Assembly (NCBI GenBank): GCA_036390825.1
Contig: DASWBA010000116.1
Span: 37,442-101,441, forward strand
Length of the DNA: 64,000 bases
Direction of reading: 5' to 3'
From: Candidatus Dormiibacterota bacterium
GTDB lineage: Bacteria; Chloroflexota; Dormibacteria; CF-121
Position numbers and translations under genes: made by a program. How positions within the stretch are numbered: position 1 is the first letter of the stretch; each line of letters starts with the position of its first letter. The notes below the pieces were generated by a model that saw only the letters and a program-made list of their open reading frames with translations, did no database searches and was not told the origin of the DNA. This document shows, one piece after another, positions 9,299 through 17,233 of the stretch.

Positions 9299-10573
9299 TT
9301 GCGCTTCGTCGACGTGCTGGGGACGGTCAAGAGCATCACCATCCCGGCGCAACGGCTGCCACACGCCGTCCGCAACGGTGAGTGGTTCGACGGCTCATCG
9401 GTCGAGGGCTTTGCCCGGGTCTTCGAGAGCGACATGTTTCTTCGCCCGGATCTCGACACCCTGACCATCGGCGACCCCGACGGCGTGCTCGGCGCCCAGG
9501 TGATCTGCGATCTGTTCACCCCCGACGGCGAGCGCTTCGCCGGTGACCCCCGCGGCGTCCTGGCGCGGGCGCTGGCCGAGGCCGCCGCCCTGGGTTTCGA
9601 CTACGCGGTCGCGACCGAGCTCGAGTTCTTCCTGCTGAACACCGACGCCGCCAGTGGTGGTGTTCGCCCCGGCCGGCACGACCGGGCCAGCTACTTCGAC
9701 CATCCGGTCGATGTCGCCAGCGACGTCCGCCAGGAGATCGTGAGCGCCCTCGACCATCTGGGCATCACCGTGGACGCCAGCCACCACGAGGTCGCGGCGG
9801 GCCAGTACGAACTGGATCTCGCGCTCAGCAACGCGCTGAAGAGCGCCGACCACCTCGTCACCCTCAAGCACGCCGTCAAAGCGGTGGCACAGCGCCGTGG
9901 ATTGCTGGCCACCTTCATGCCGAAACCGATCTTCGGCGCGGCCGGGTCAGGGATGCACACTCACCAGGCGCTCACCGATCTGGGCAAAGACTCTAATGCG
10001 TTCTACGATCGCGCCGACCAGTACCAGCTCTCGCCGGTCGCAAAGCACTTTATCGCCGGCCAGCTGGCGCACGCGCGTGGACTGTGCGCACTGGTCGCGC
10101 CCCTGGTCAACTCCTACAAACGATTCGTGCCCGGTTTCGAAGCCCCGGTCGCGATCACCTGGGCACAGGTGAACCGTTCGGCATTGATCCGCGTGCCTCG
10201 GGCGGGAAGCGGGGATCGCGGCGCCATCCGGATCGAGTTTCGCGCCCCCGACCCCTCGTGCAATCCCTACCTCGCCTTCGCCGCCATGCTGCACGCCGGC
10301 CTCTCGGGCATCCGTCAGAAGCTGCCGCTGCCGCCGCCGGTCGAGGAAAATCTCTACGCCTTCGACCCGGAGGCGCTCGCCCGCCACCAGGTCGGCCAGC
10401 TGCCCAGATCCCTCGCCGAGGCGTTGCGTGACCTTCGCCAGGACGATGTGATGCGGGACGCGCTGGGTGTCCACCTCCTGGAACGTTTCATCGAAGCGAA
10501 GGAGATGGAGTGGCAGAGCTATGAGAAGCAGGTCACCGGTTGGGAGCTCGACGCCTACCTCGACGCGTACTGA
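9299..10573 (+). CDS. glutamine synthetase family protein (second, divergent type-I-like paralogue); 5' end unresolved
   Basis: FDGSSVEGF, FMPKPIFGAAGSGMHTHQAL, NSYKRFVPGFEAP, RIEFRAPDPSCNPYLAFAAML. The listed start is TTG 9299, but homologous-looking N-terminal residues (SLTVERALERLSERGIRFLDL) lie upstream in frame with no ATG/GTG/TTG (see findings). Confidence 0.85.
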   Translation: MRFVDVLGTVKSITIPAQRLPHAVRNGEWFDGSSVEGFARVFESDMFLRPDLDTLTIGDPDGVLGAQVICDLFTPDGERFAGDPRGVLARALAEAAALGFDYAVATELEFFLLNTDAASGGVRPGRHDRASYFDHPVDVASDVRQEIVSALDHLGITVDASHHEVAAGQYELDLALSNALKSADHLVTLKHAVKAVAQRRGLLATFMPKPIFGAAGSGMHTHQALTDLGKDSNAFYDRADQYQLSPVAKHFIAGQLAHARGLCALVAPLVNSYKRFVPGFEAPVAITWAQVNRSALIRVPRAGSGDRGAIRIEFRAPDPSCNPYLAFAAMLHAGLSGIRQKLPLPPPVEENLYAFDPEALARHQVGQLPRSLAEALRDLRQDDVMRDALGVHLLERFIEAKEMEWQSYEKQVTGWELDAYLDAY

Positions 10574-10874
10574 GCGGCTCCGTGACCCGCGCGTCATTGC
10601 TCTTCTCGCGATCCTCATCCCGCTTGCCGGCTTTTATGTCATCGAGGCGTTCACCGCGCCCAGCCCGATCCTTCGCATCGTGCTTCGCACCTCGCCGGTG
10701 CTCCCGGTCGCGGTCTGGACCCTGTGGTTCGATCCGGCACGCCCCTTTCGAGAGCGGCCCCCGGCGGTCAGGCTCAGCTGGCGCCTGGCGCTGCTGGTGC
10801 TGGTCATGGCTTTTGCCGTTGCCCTTCTCGGCTTGGGCCTCAACTGGCTCTACGATCCGAGTCGCGTGATCTGA
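10521..10874 (+). CDS. small membrane protein (3 TM), start uncertain
   Basis: Hydrophobic helices VIALLAILIPLAGFYVIEAF, VLPVAVWTLWF, LALLVLVMAFAVALLGLGLNWLY. The only canonical starts overlap the GS gene end. Confidence 0.35.
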   Translation: MRSRSPVGSSTPTSTRTERLRDPRVIALLAILIPLAGFYVIEAFTAPSPILRIVLRTSPVLPVAVWTLWFDPARPFRERPPAVRLSWRLALLVLVMAFAVALLGLGLNWLYDPSRVI

Positions 10875-10887
10875 TCGATGCGACCGA

Positions 10888-11598
10888 ATGACTGACGCGC
10901 TGAGCACGCACATCGTCGCCCTCGGTGGAGGGGGCTTCTCCGACGGGGGACCATGGTCGAACCTCGACGAGTACATCCTGGCCCTGGCGCGGTCACCTCG
11001 ACCACGCGTCTGCTTCCTGCCTACGGCCGGGGCCGATGCCGACAGCTACGTCGCCATGTTCTATCGAGCCTTCAGCCCGAGGGATTGCCAGCTGTCGGAC
11101 CTCGCGCTCTTTCGTCGAACCGTCGTCGACCTCCGCGCCTTCCTGCTCAGGCAAGACGTGATCTACGTGGGCGGTGGCAATACCGCAAACATGCTGGCCA
11201 TCTGGCGCACCCATGGCGTCGATCGCATCCTTCGCGAGGCCTGGGAGCAGGGCATCGTTCTCGCCGGGGTCAGCGCCGGAGCCATCTGCTGGTTCGAAGC
11301 CTCGGTGACTGATTCCTTCGGCCTCAACCTCGCGGGTCTCCGCGATGGGCTCGGCCTGATCGCCGGCAGCGCCTGCCCGCATTACAACTCGGAGGAACGG
11401 CGTCGCCCGGTCTACCGGCAACTGGTCGGCAGCGGGTTCCCGCCCGGGTACGCGATCGACGACCAGGTCGGCCTGCACTTCGTCGACGGCAAGCTGGCCG
11501 AGGTGGTAAGCGCTGCCGAAGGGCGATCCGCCTACGAGGTCAGGCTGGAAGGCGCGGCTGTCCGGGAGCGCCCGCTCGCGCCGCGGAGTTTGAGCTAG
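10888..11598 (+). CDS. peptidase S51 family protein (dipeptidase E-like)
   Basis: 236 aa: IVALGGGGF, VCFLPTAG, IYVGGGNTANML, and the nucleophile motif LAGVSAGAICWF typical of S51 peptidases. Confidence 0.8.
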   Translation: MTDALSTHIVALGGGGFSDGGPWSNLDEYILALARSPRPRVCFLPTAGADADSYVAMFYRAFSPRDCQLSDLALFRRTVVDLRAFLLRQDVIYVGGGNTANMLAIWRTHGVDRILREAWEQGIVLAGVSAGAICWFEASVTDSFGLNLAGLRDGLGLIAGSACPHYNSEERRRPVYRQLVGSGFPPGYAIDDQVGLHFVDGKLAEVVSAAEGRSAYEVRLEGAAVRERPLAPRSLS

Positions 11599-11666
11599 CA
11601 GTCCTGCCGCGCGCGCGGGATAATGGCGGCCATGACGTGGGGGGCAGTTCACGGGAGGTTTTTGTG

Positions 11667-12068
11667 ATGGCGCACCACTTTAAGGACCTGACGATCGAGC
11701 TCGAGGAGAAGGCCGGAACCGTCGCGGCGGCGGCCGAAGCCCTGGGAAAAGCCGGCGTCAACATCGAAGGGATCTGCGGTTTCGTCGTCGGTGACAAGGG
11801 CGTTGGCCATGTGCTGGTCACCGACGCCGCGAAGGCCCGCCAGGCGCTCCAGAGTGCCGGGGCCCGTGTCACCGGCGAGCAGGAGGTCCTCGTCCTCGAG
11901 ATCGAGGACAAGCCCGGTGCCCTGGGGAAGGTGACCCGCAAGATCGCCGACGCCGGGGTCAGCCTGAACGCGGTGTACCTGGCGACGAAGACGCGCGTGG
12001 TGATCGGCGCCCGCGACCTGCAGAAGGCGCGCGCGGCCGTCGGCGAAGGCGCTGCCAGTCGTCCGTAG
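11667..12068 (+). CDS. ACT domain-containing protein (tandem ACT)
   Basis: Two repeats of the bab-fold pattern (LTIELEEKAGTVAAAAEALGKAGVNIEG and LVLEIEDKPGALGKVTRKIADAGVSLNAVY). ATG 11667 is preceded by gggagg 9 nt upstream. Confidence 0.65.
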   Translation: MAHHFKDLTIELEEKAGTVAAAAEALGKAGVNIEGICGFVVGDKGVGHVLVTDAAKARQALQSAGARVTGEQEVLVLEIEDKPGALGKVTRKIADAGVSLNAVYLATKTRVVIGARDLQKARAAVGEGAASRP

Positions 12069-12594
12069 TCATCGCCCAGCGCTGGTGATCGCGCCAGCGG
12101 CCGGCAACCTTCAGATAGCGCGGCGAGAAGCCCTCGAGCCGAAAGCCTGCGCGCTTGACCAGCGCGATCGAGGCAACGTTCTCCGGCTGGACGTTGGCCT
12201 CGACGCGATGCAGCTTCATGCTGATGAAGCTGTGCCGCAGCACCAGCTGCAAGCCCTCGGTCATGTAGCCCTGACCAGCAAACGGCTGCTCAGCGTAGTA
12301 GCCGAGGTAGGCACTCTGAAAGAGCCGCCGAACGATCTGGCTGAGCGTAAAGACGCCGGCAATCGCGCCATCCTCGAGCCGGCAAACGAGGAAGCACTGC
12401 ACATTCGCTTGACGGCAGCGCACCATCCACTCCGCGAAGCTGCGGGTGTCAGTCGGCGGGGTCACCCAGCCGCGATGGAGCGCTCGGCTGGCAACGTTTC
12501 GCGCCACGATCTCCACCTGGTCACGGTTGGTGGGTTCGCGCAGGTAGACTCGTTCTCCGATTTCGAGGGCACGGTCCAGATCAGGCTTGCGCAC
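11959..12594 (-). CDS. GNAT family N-acetyltransferase (RimJ/RimL-like)
   Basis: VYLREPTNRD...FLVCRLEDGAIAGVFTLSQI...AYLGYYAEQPFAGQGYMTEGLQLVLRHSF..LHRVEANVQPENVASIALVKRAGFRLEG. GTG 12594 was chosen because the track ORF is over-extended into the SDR gene. The 3' tail overlaps the ACT gene. Confidence 0.75.
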   Translation of the reverse strand: MRKPDLDRALEIGERVYLREPTNRDQVEIVARNVASRALHRGWVTPPTDTRSFAEWMVRCRQANVQCFLVCRLEDGAIAGVFTLSQIVRRLFQSAYLGYYAEQPFAGQGYMTEGLQLVLRHSFISMKLHRVEANVQPENVASIALVKRAGFRLEGFSPRYLKVAGRWRDHQRWAMTTDDWQRLRRRPRAPSAGRGRRSPRASSSPGTPRSG

Positions 12595-13375
12595 GCCGAG
12601 CCCAGCCTCGCAGAATCGCGCTGATGGCCCAGCCGGCGAGCCAGTTGGCCGCAACCGCGGCACGGTCCGGAATCCAGGAAATGTAGACCGAATGCTGATT
12701 GCGTTCGACGGCGTTCGCGATCCGTCGCGCGACTTTCTCGGCGGGCACCGGTGGAAGCCGCTGATGCGCCTGGCGGCCGCGGGCCCCGAGGCGGTTCTCG
12801 CCAAAGCTCGAGCGCGTCGTCCCGGGGAACACATTCATCACCTTGATGCCGCGATGACCCTCCTCCATCCGCAGCGCATCGCCGATCGCGGTCAACGCGA
12901 ACTTGCTCGCCGAGTAGTAACCGATGCGCGGAACCACGATCCGGCCGGCGATCGACGAGATGTTGATGATCATCCCGTCGTGCTGCGCCCGCATGATCGG
13001 CAGCACGGCGCGGATGGCGGCGGCCGCCGCCAGCACGTTGAGGGCGAACACCGCCTCGACATCGGCGCTCGAGGCGTCACCAATGGGTGTCGTCATTCCG
13101 ATGCCGGCGTTGTTCACCAGGATGTCGATGCCACCGAGCTCGCGGATGGTGGCTTGCGCCAGCTGCTCGACCGCGCCCGCGACCGTGACGTCGGTCGGGA
13201 TGACGATCGCCGAACCACCCTGTGACCTGATCGAAGCCGCCAGTTCGTCCAAGGCCGCGCGGTTGCGCGAGCCGAGTGCCAGCCGTGCCCCACGGCGTCC
13301 GAACTCGAGCGCGATCGCCCGTCCAATGCCCTGCGAGGGACCCGTCACGATGACGCGGGCATTCTTAAGTTGCAC
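12581..13375 (-). CDS. SDR family oxidoreductase
   Basis: VIVTGPSQGIGRAIA (TGxxxGIG), NNAG, and YSASKFAL (YxxxK). GTG 13375 lies 3 nt after the Fpg stop. Confidence 0.85.
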   Translation of the reverse strand: MQLKNARVIVTGPSQGIGRAIALEFGRRGARLALGSRNRAALDELAASIRSQGGSAIVIPTDVTVAGAVEQLAQATIRELGGIDILVNNAGIGMTTPIGDASSADVEAVFALNVLAAAAAIRAVLPIMRAQHDGMIINISSIAGRIVVPRIGYYSASKFALTAIGDALRMEEGHRGIKVMNVFPGTTRSSFGENRLGARGRQAHQRLPPVPAEKVARRIANAVERNQHSVYISWIPDRAAVAANWLAGWAISAILRGWARRAQA

Positions 13376-13377
13376 GG

Positions 13378-14181
13378 CTAATGCTGGCAACCACGACAGA
13401 AGTCGGTCGCCTCGCCACGGGCGGTCAGCTCGGAGATGCGGTGGCCACAGCGTGGACACTTCTCCTTCCCCTTGGTGTGGACCTTCATGAAGCTGCGGTC
13501 CTGCTTGTGCGGCTCGTATTTCGGCTGCGCTTTGATCGCCTCGATGGCCTCGCGCAGGACTTTTCCGGTTGCGGCGTGGAGGCGTACCACCTCATCCGGC
13601 TTGAGCGTGGTCCGCTTGCGTAGCGGCAGCAGGCCGGCCTCGTGCAGGATCTCGTCGGAGTAGGCGTTACCAACGCCGGCGATGAACGCCTGGTTGCGCA
13701 AGAGGTTCTTCAGCTCGCCCGGGTGCCGGCGGATGCGCTGCGAGAACTCGGATAACGAGACTGTCAGCGCGTCGGGACCAAGCTCGGCCCAACCGGGAAT
13801 CGTGGGGAACGCGCCAGGCACGACCCAGTAGACGCGGCCCATCTTCACGGTGTCGAGGAAGCGCAGCTCGTCCCCGCCTTCGAGGGTGATTCGAAACACG
13901 GTCGCGGCCGCAACTTTCTCCGACGCCGTCGTCCATTGCAGGCGGCCCCCGAGCATCGGGTTGATGACCAGATGCTGACCGCTGATGTCGAAGATGAGGA
14001 ACTTGCCACGGCGCCAGACCCGTTCGAAGGTGCCGCCGACCAGCTGGCGTGCGTACTCGTCGGGCGGCGTCCGTAGCAGGAAACTCAACTTGGGGGAGGT
14101 CCAGACCTGCGCAATCTTCCGCCCCTCGAGCCGTGGGCCGAGGTATTCACGGAGCACTTCGAGCTCGGGGAGTTCAGGCAC
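13378..14181 (-). CDS. formamidopyrimidine-DNA glycosylase / endonuclease VIII family (Fpg/Nei)
   Basis: N-terminal MPELPELE, an H2TH region (LLRNQAFIAGVGNAYSDEILH) and a C-terminal zinc finger CPRCGHRI...FCRGCQ. Confidence 0.9.
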   Translation of the reverse strand: MPELPELEVLREYLGPRLEGRKIAQVWTSPKLSFLLRTPPDEYARQLVGGTFERVWRRGKFLIFDISGQHLVINPMLGGRLQWTTASEKVAAATVFRITLEGGDELRFLDTVKMGRVYWVVPGAFPTIPGWAELGPDALTVSLSEFSQRIRRHPGELKNLLRNQAFIAGVGNAYSDEILHEAGLLPLRKRTTLKPDEVVRLHAATGKVLREAIEAIKAQPKYEPHKQDRSFMKVHTKGKEKCPRCGHRISELTARGEATDFCRGCQH

Positions 14182-14223
14182 TGGCGGTCAGGCTACCGCA
14201 TGAACGGCGCATGAAAATGCTAC

Positions 14224-14252
14224 TTGACAAGACTGGACGTCCAGTCTAGTCT
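14224..14252 (+). promoter_or_regulatory. putative promoter with TetR-type operator
   Basis: ttgaca (14224-14229) is immediately followed by the perfect 18-bp palindrome agactggacgtccagtct (14230-14247), 20 nt upstream of the TetR gene start. Confidence 0.45.
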
Positions 14253-14266
14253 CATGTTAGAGATAT

Positions 14267-15043
14267 ATGCCAGCGGCCGAGATGCGCAGGGAGCGGATCA
14301 TGAACGAGGCGGCGCGCTTGCTCTCCAAGGACCGGCGGTCATCGATCGAGGAGATTGCGTCGGCGGCCGGTGTGTCGCGAACCACGTTCTACCGGGCCTT
14401 CACATCGCGGGCCGACCTGCTCCACGCGCTCGAAGTCCAACCGGAGCCTGATACGCGTCAGCGGGTTCTCGATGCGTCGATCCACATGCTGCACAAGCAG
14501 AGCCTGAAGGACCTGTCCATGGATGAGCTTGCTTCCGAGGCCGGCGTCTCGCGCGCCAACCTCTATCGCCTCTTCCCCGGCAAGGCCGCGTTGTTCCGGG
14601 ACATCGTAGTCGCCTACTCGCCGATTGAGCCGGTGCTGGCTGTCCTTGCCCGCGCCGGTGACCGCCCACCTGACGAGGTCATTCCGGAGATCGTGCTCGC
14701 CGCCTATCGAACCGTGGCCGGACGAACCGGCATCGTTCGGACGCTGCTGCTCGAAATCACATCCATGAATGCGGAGCTCAGCCAGGCATTCGCCGAGACC
14801 GGCTTGCGAGCCTTTGGCGCCTTTGGCCAATACCTCGCTGCTCAGATGGCCGCGGGTCGACTGCGGCGCATGCATCCGATCCTCGCCATGCAGAGCCTCG
14901 TCGGTGGCGTGATGTTTCACATGCTGGCCGCGCCGGTGCTGAGCCATGCGACCCTCGACGTACCCGCCGGTGAAGAGGTCGCGGTGCAGTTCGCCGCTGT
15001 CTGGTTGCGCGGCATGCGCCCGGAGGCCGCGGGTGGCAACTGA
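14267..15043 (+). CDS. TetR/AcrR family transcriptional regulator with duplicated N-terminal HTH
   Basis: Two TetR_N-like segments: SSIEEIASAAGVSRTTFYRAF and LSMDELASEAGVSRANLYRLFPGKAALF. Confidence 0.85.
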   Translation: MPAAEMRRERIMNEAARLLSKDRRSSIEEIASAAGVSRTTFYRAFTSRADLLHALEVQPEPDTRQRVLDASIHMLHKQSLKDLSMDELASEAGVSRANLYRLFPGKAALFRDIVVAYSPIEPVLAVLARAGDRPPDEVIPEIVLAAYRTVAGRTGIVRTLLLEITSMNAELSQAFAETGLRAFGAFGQYLAAQMAAGRLRRMHPILAMQSLVGGVMFHMLAAPVLSHATLDVPAGEEVAVQFAAVWLRGMRPEAAGGN

Positions 15044-15752
15044 GACATTCGCGGTCGACGCCGAGGGCATCGTCAAACAATTCGGCAAGCAGCGGGCGCT
15101 CGACGGCGTGACCTTCCGCGTCCGCCGCGGCGAGGTCTACGGCCTGCTCGGTCCCAACGGCGCCGGCAAGACGACGTTGATCCGAAGCCTGGTCGGCCTG
15201 GTGGCTCCCGAGGCAGGCACGGTGTCGGTCCTCGGCCACCGCATGCCGCAACTCGAGGTGCTGGCGCGGATCGGCTACATGACCCAGCAAGCCGCCCTCT
15301 ATCCCGACCTCTCGGCCGAAGAGAACGTGCACTTCTTTGGCGCGATCTATGGCCGCGTCGAGGGGGTTCGCGACGCGCTCGAGCTCGTCGACCTCTGGGA
15401 CCGCCGCCAATCGGTGGTGAGCACCTTGAGCGGCGGGATGCGGACGCGATGCTCGCTCGCCTGCGCCCTCGTCCACAAGCCGGACCTGCTCCTCCTCGAC
15501 GAGCCCACCGTCGGCGTCGACCCGCAGCTGCGGGTTCAACTCTGGGATCGGTTTCGGAAGATGGCGGCCGAGGGCACCACCATCGTTGTCTCGAGCCACG
15601 TCATGGACGAAGCCGAGCGATGCGACCGGCTGGGATTGATCCGGTTCGGCAAACTGCTGGCCGAAGGAACCGTCCCTGAGATCAAAGCCAAGGCGGGTGT
15701 CGATCGGTTGGAGGATGCGTTCCTCAAGCTATCCGAGGCGTCGCCGGCATGA
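15033..15752 (+). CDS. ABC transporter ATP-binding protein (ABC-2/DrrA-like)
   Basis: GLLGPNGAGKTT, LSGGMRTR, LLLLDEPTVGVD. GTG 15033 overlaps the TetR stop. The track start at 14946 is over-extended. Confidence 0.9.
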   Translation: MATETFAVDAEGIVKQFGKQRALDGVTFRVRRGEVYGLLGPNGAGKTTLIRSLVGLVAPEAGTVSVLGHRMPQLEVLARIGYMTQQAALYPDLSAEENVHFFGAIYGRVEGVRDALELVDLWDRRQSVVSTLSGGMRTRCSLACALVHKPDLLLLDEPTVGVDPQLRVQLWDRFRKMAAEGTTIVVSSHVMDEAERCDRLGLIRFGKLLAEGTVPEIKAKAGVDRLEDAFLKLSEASPA

Positions 15753-16846
15753 ACGCAAGGCGCGTCGAGGCCATCACGCAACGGCTGCTACACCAGTTCC
15801 GGCGAGACCGTCGCACGCTCGCCCTTCTCTTCGGCGCACCGCTCGTCATCCTCGGACTCCTCGGTTACCTGCTGCGCGGCGGTGGCGACGTGCCGAAGAT
15901 GGCTGTCGTCAATCTCGATGGCGGCCCGTTGGGGAGTCTCGTCGCCTCGACGCTCGAGAACTCGAAGACTGTATCCGCGTCGACCATGTCCCAGGCGGGC
16001 GCCGAGGCGAGGCTGCGGTCCGGCGACATCGCCGGATACGTGCTGCTGCCGGCCGATTTCACGACACAGGTGCAGCAACATCGCATCGTCGCCCCAGAGG
16101 TGCATCTGGAAGGAAGCCAGCCCGGGCTCTCGCAGACCATTCTGCAGTCGGTCAGTCAATCATTCGTCGCCCTTGCCGGCCAGGCCGGCGGCGTTCAATT
16201 CACACCGCGGATTACCTTCCTTTACGGCGGGCCGAGCTTCGACACCCTCGATTACTTCGGCGCGGCATTTATCGGACTCGTGGTCTTCTTCCTGGTCTTC
16301 GTCATCACCGCGGTTGCCTTTCTCCGCGAGCGCGGCCAGGGAACGCTCGAGCGCCTGATGGCGAGCCCGCTGCGGCGGGCGGAGATCGTGCTCGGCTACA
16401 TGTTGGGCTTCACCGTGCTGGCGCTGGTGCAATCCGCCGAGGTGCTGGCGTTCAGCCTGCTGGTGCTCCACGTCCACAACGTCGGCAACGTCGCCCTGAT
16501 CTTCCTGCTCGAAGCCCTGATGGCGATCGCCGCCGTCAACCTCGGCATCTTCCTGAGCATGTTCGCCCGCACCGAGTTCCAGGCGGTGCAGTTCATTCCG
16601 CTGGTGATCGTTCCGCAGATGCTGCTGGCCGGCATCATCTTCCCCATCAGCACGGAGCCGGGACCACTCCAGGCCCTCTCCCGAGTCCTGCCGCTGACCT
16701 ACGCCGTCGAGGGACTGCGCAACATCATGATCAAGGGCGCCGACCTGAGCTGGTCATCATTGCAGCTCGACGTCGGCGTGGTACTCGGCTTCTGCGTCCT
16801 GGTCATCCTTGCCGGTGCCGCGACGCTTCGTCGCCGCATCGCCTGA
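15749..16846 (+). CDS. ABC-2 type transporter permease
   Basis: 365 aa with an N-terminal TM, a large extracytoplasmic loop and five C-terminal TMs. ATGA overlap with the ATPase gene. Confidence 0.85.
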   Translation: MNARRVEAITQRLLHQFRRDRRTLALLFGAPLVILGLLGYLLRGGGDVPKMAVVNLDGGPLGSLVASTLENSKTVSASTMSQAGAEARLRSGDIAGYVLLPADFTTQVQQHRIVAPEVHLEGSQPGLSQTILQSVSQSFVALAGQAGGVQFTPRITFLYGGPSFDTLDYFGAAFIGLVVFFLVFVITAVAFLRERGQGTLERLMASPLRRAEIVLGYMLGFTVLALVQSAEVLAFSLLVLHVHNVGNVALIFLLEALMAIAAVNLGIFLSMFARTEFQAVQFIPLVIVPQMLLAGIIFPISTEPGPLQALSRVLPLTYAVEGLRNIMIKGADLSWSSLQLDVGVVLGFCVLVILAGAATLRRRIA

Positions 16847-16852
16847 TCACGC

Positions 16853-17233
16853 ATGCTCGATAGACTGAAGGGGATGAAGCCATTGATTTCTGGCGCGCAT
16901 GTCATCATCTACAGCCGCGATTCCGTGGCCGACCGCGCCTTCTTCAAAGACGTCCTGGGTCTCGACTCGGTGGATACCGGCGGCGGCTGGCTTATCTTCG
17001 CCCTTCCTCCCTCCGAGCTCGCCTTCCATCCGACCGAGGAAAAGGACCGTCACGAGCTGTACCTGCTTTGCGATGACATCGAGGCAACCGCCAGGGAGCT
17101 GGAACGAAAAGGGGTCCCGCTCAAGCGCCCATTCGACGAGGCGCGGTGGGGACGCGTGACCGAGCTCACCCTGCCGGGGGGCGGACGGGTCGGGCTCTAC
17201 CAACCGAAACATGCGCTCGCTCATCAGCGGTAA
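16853..17233 (+). CDS. VOC (glyoxalase/bleomycin-resistance) family protein
   Basis: 126 aa with a bab-repeat pattern: AHVIIYSRDSVADRAFFKDVLG ... GGRVGLYQPKH. Confidence 0.7.
   Translation: MLDRLKGMKPLISGAHVIIYSRDSVADRAFFKDVLGLDSVDTGGGWLIFALPPSELAFHPTEEKDRHELYLLCDDIEATARELERKGVPLKRPFDEARWGRVTELTLPGGGRVGLYQPKHALAHQR

Noticed and set aside
15697-16863. 388-aa plus-strand ORF in an alternative frame of the ABC-2 permease
   Set aside because: It is extremely Arg/Pro/Ala-rich (RRRRHERKARRGHH...) and overlaps a hydrophobic, membrane-like frame that is coupled by ATGA to the ATPase gene.
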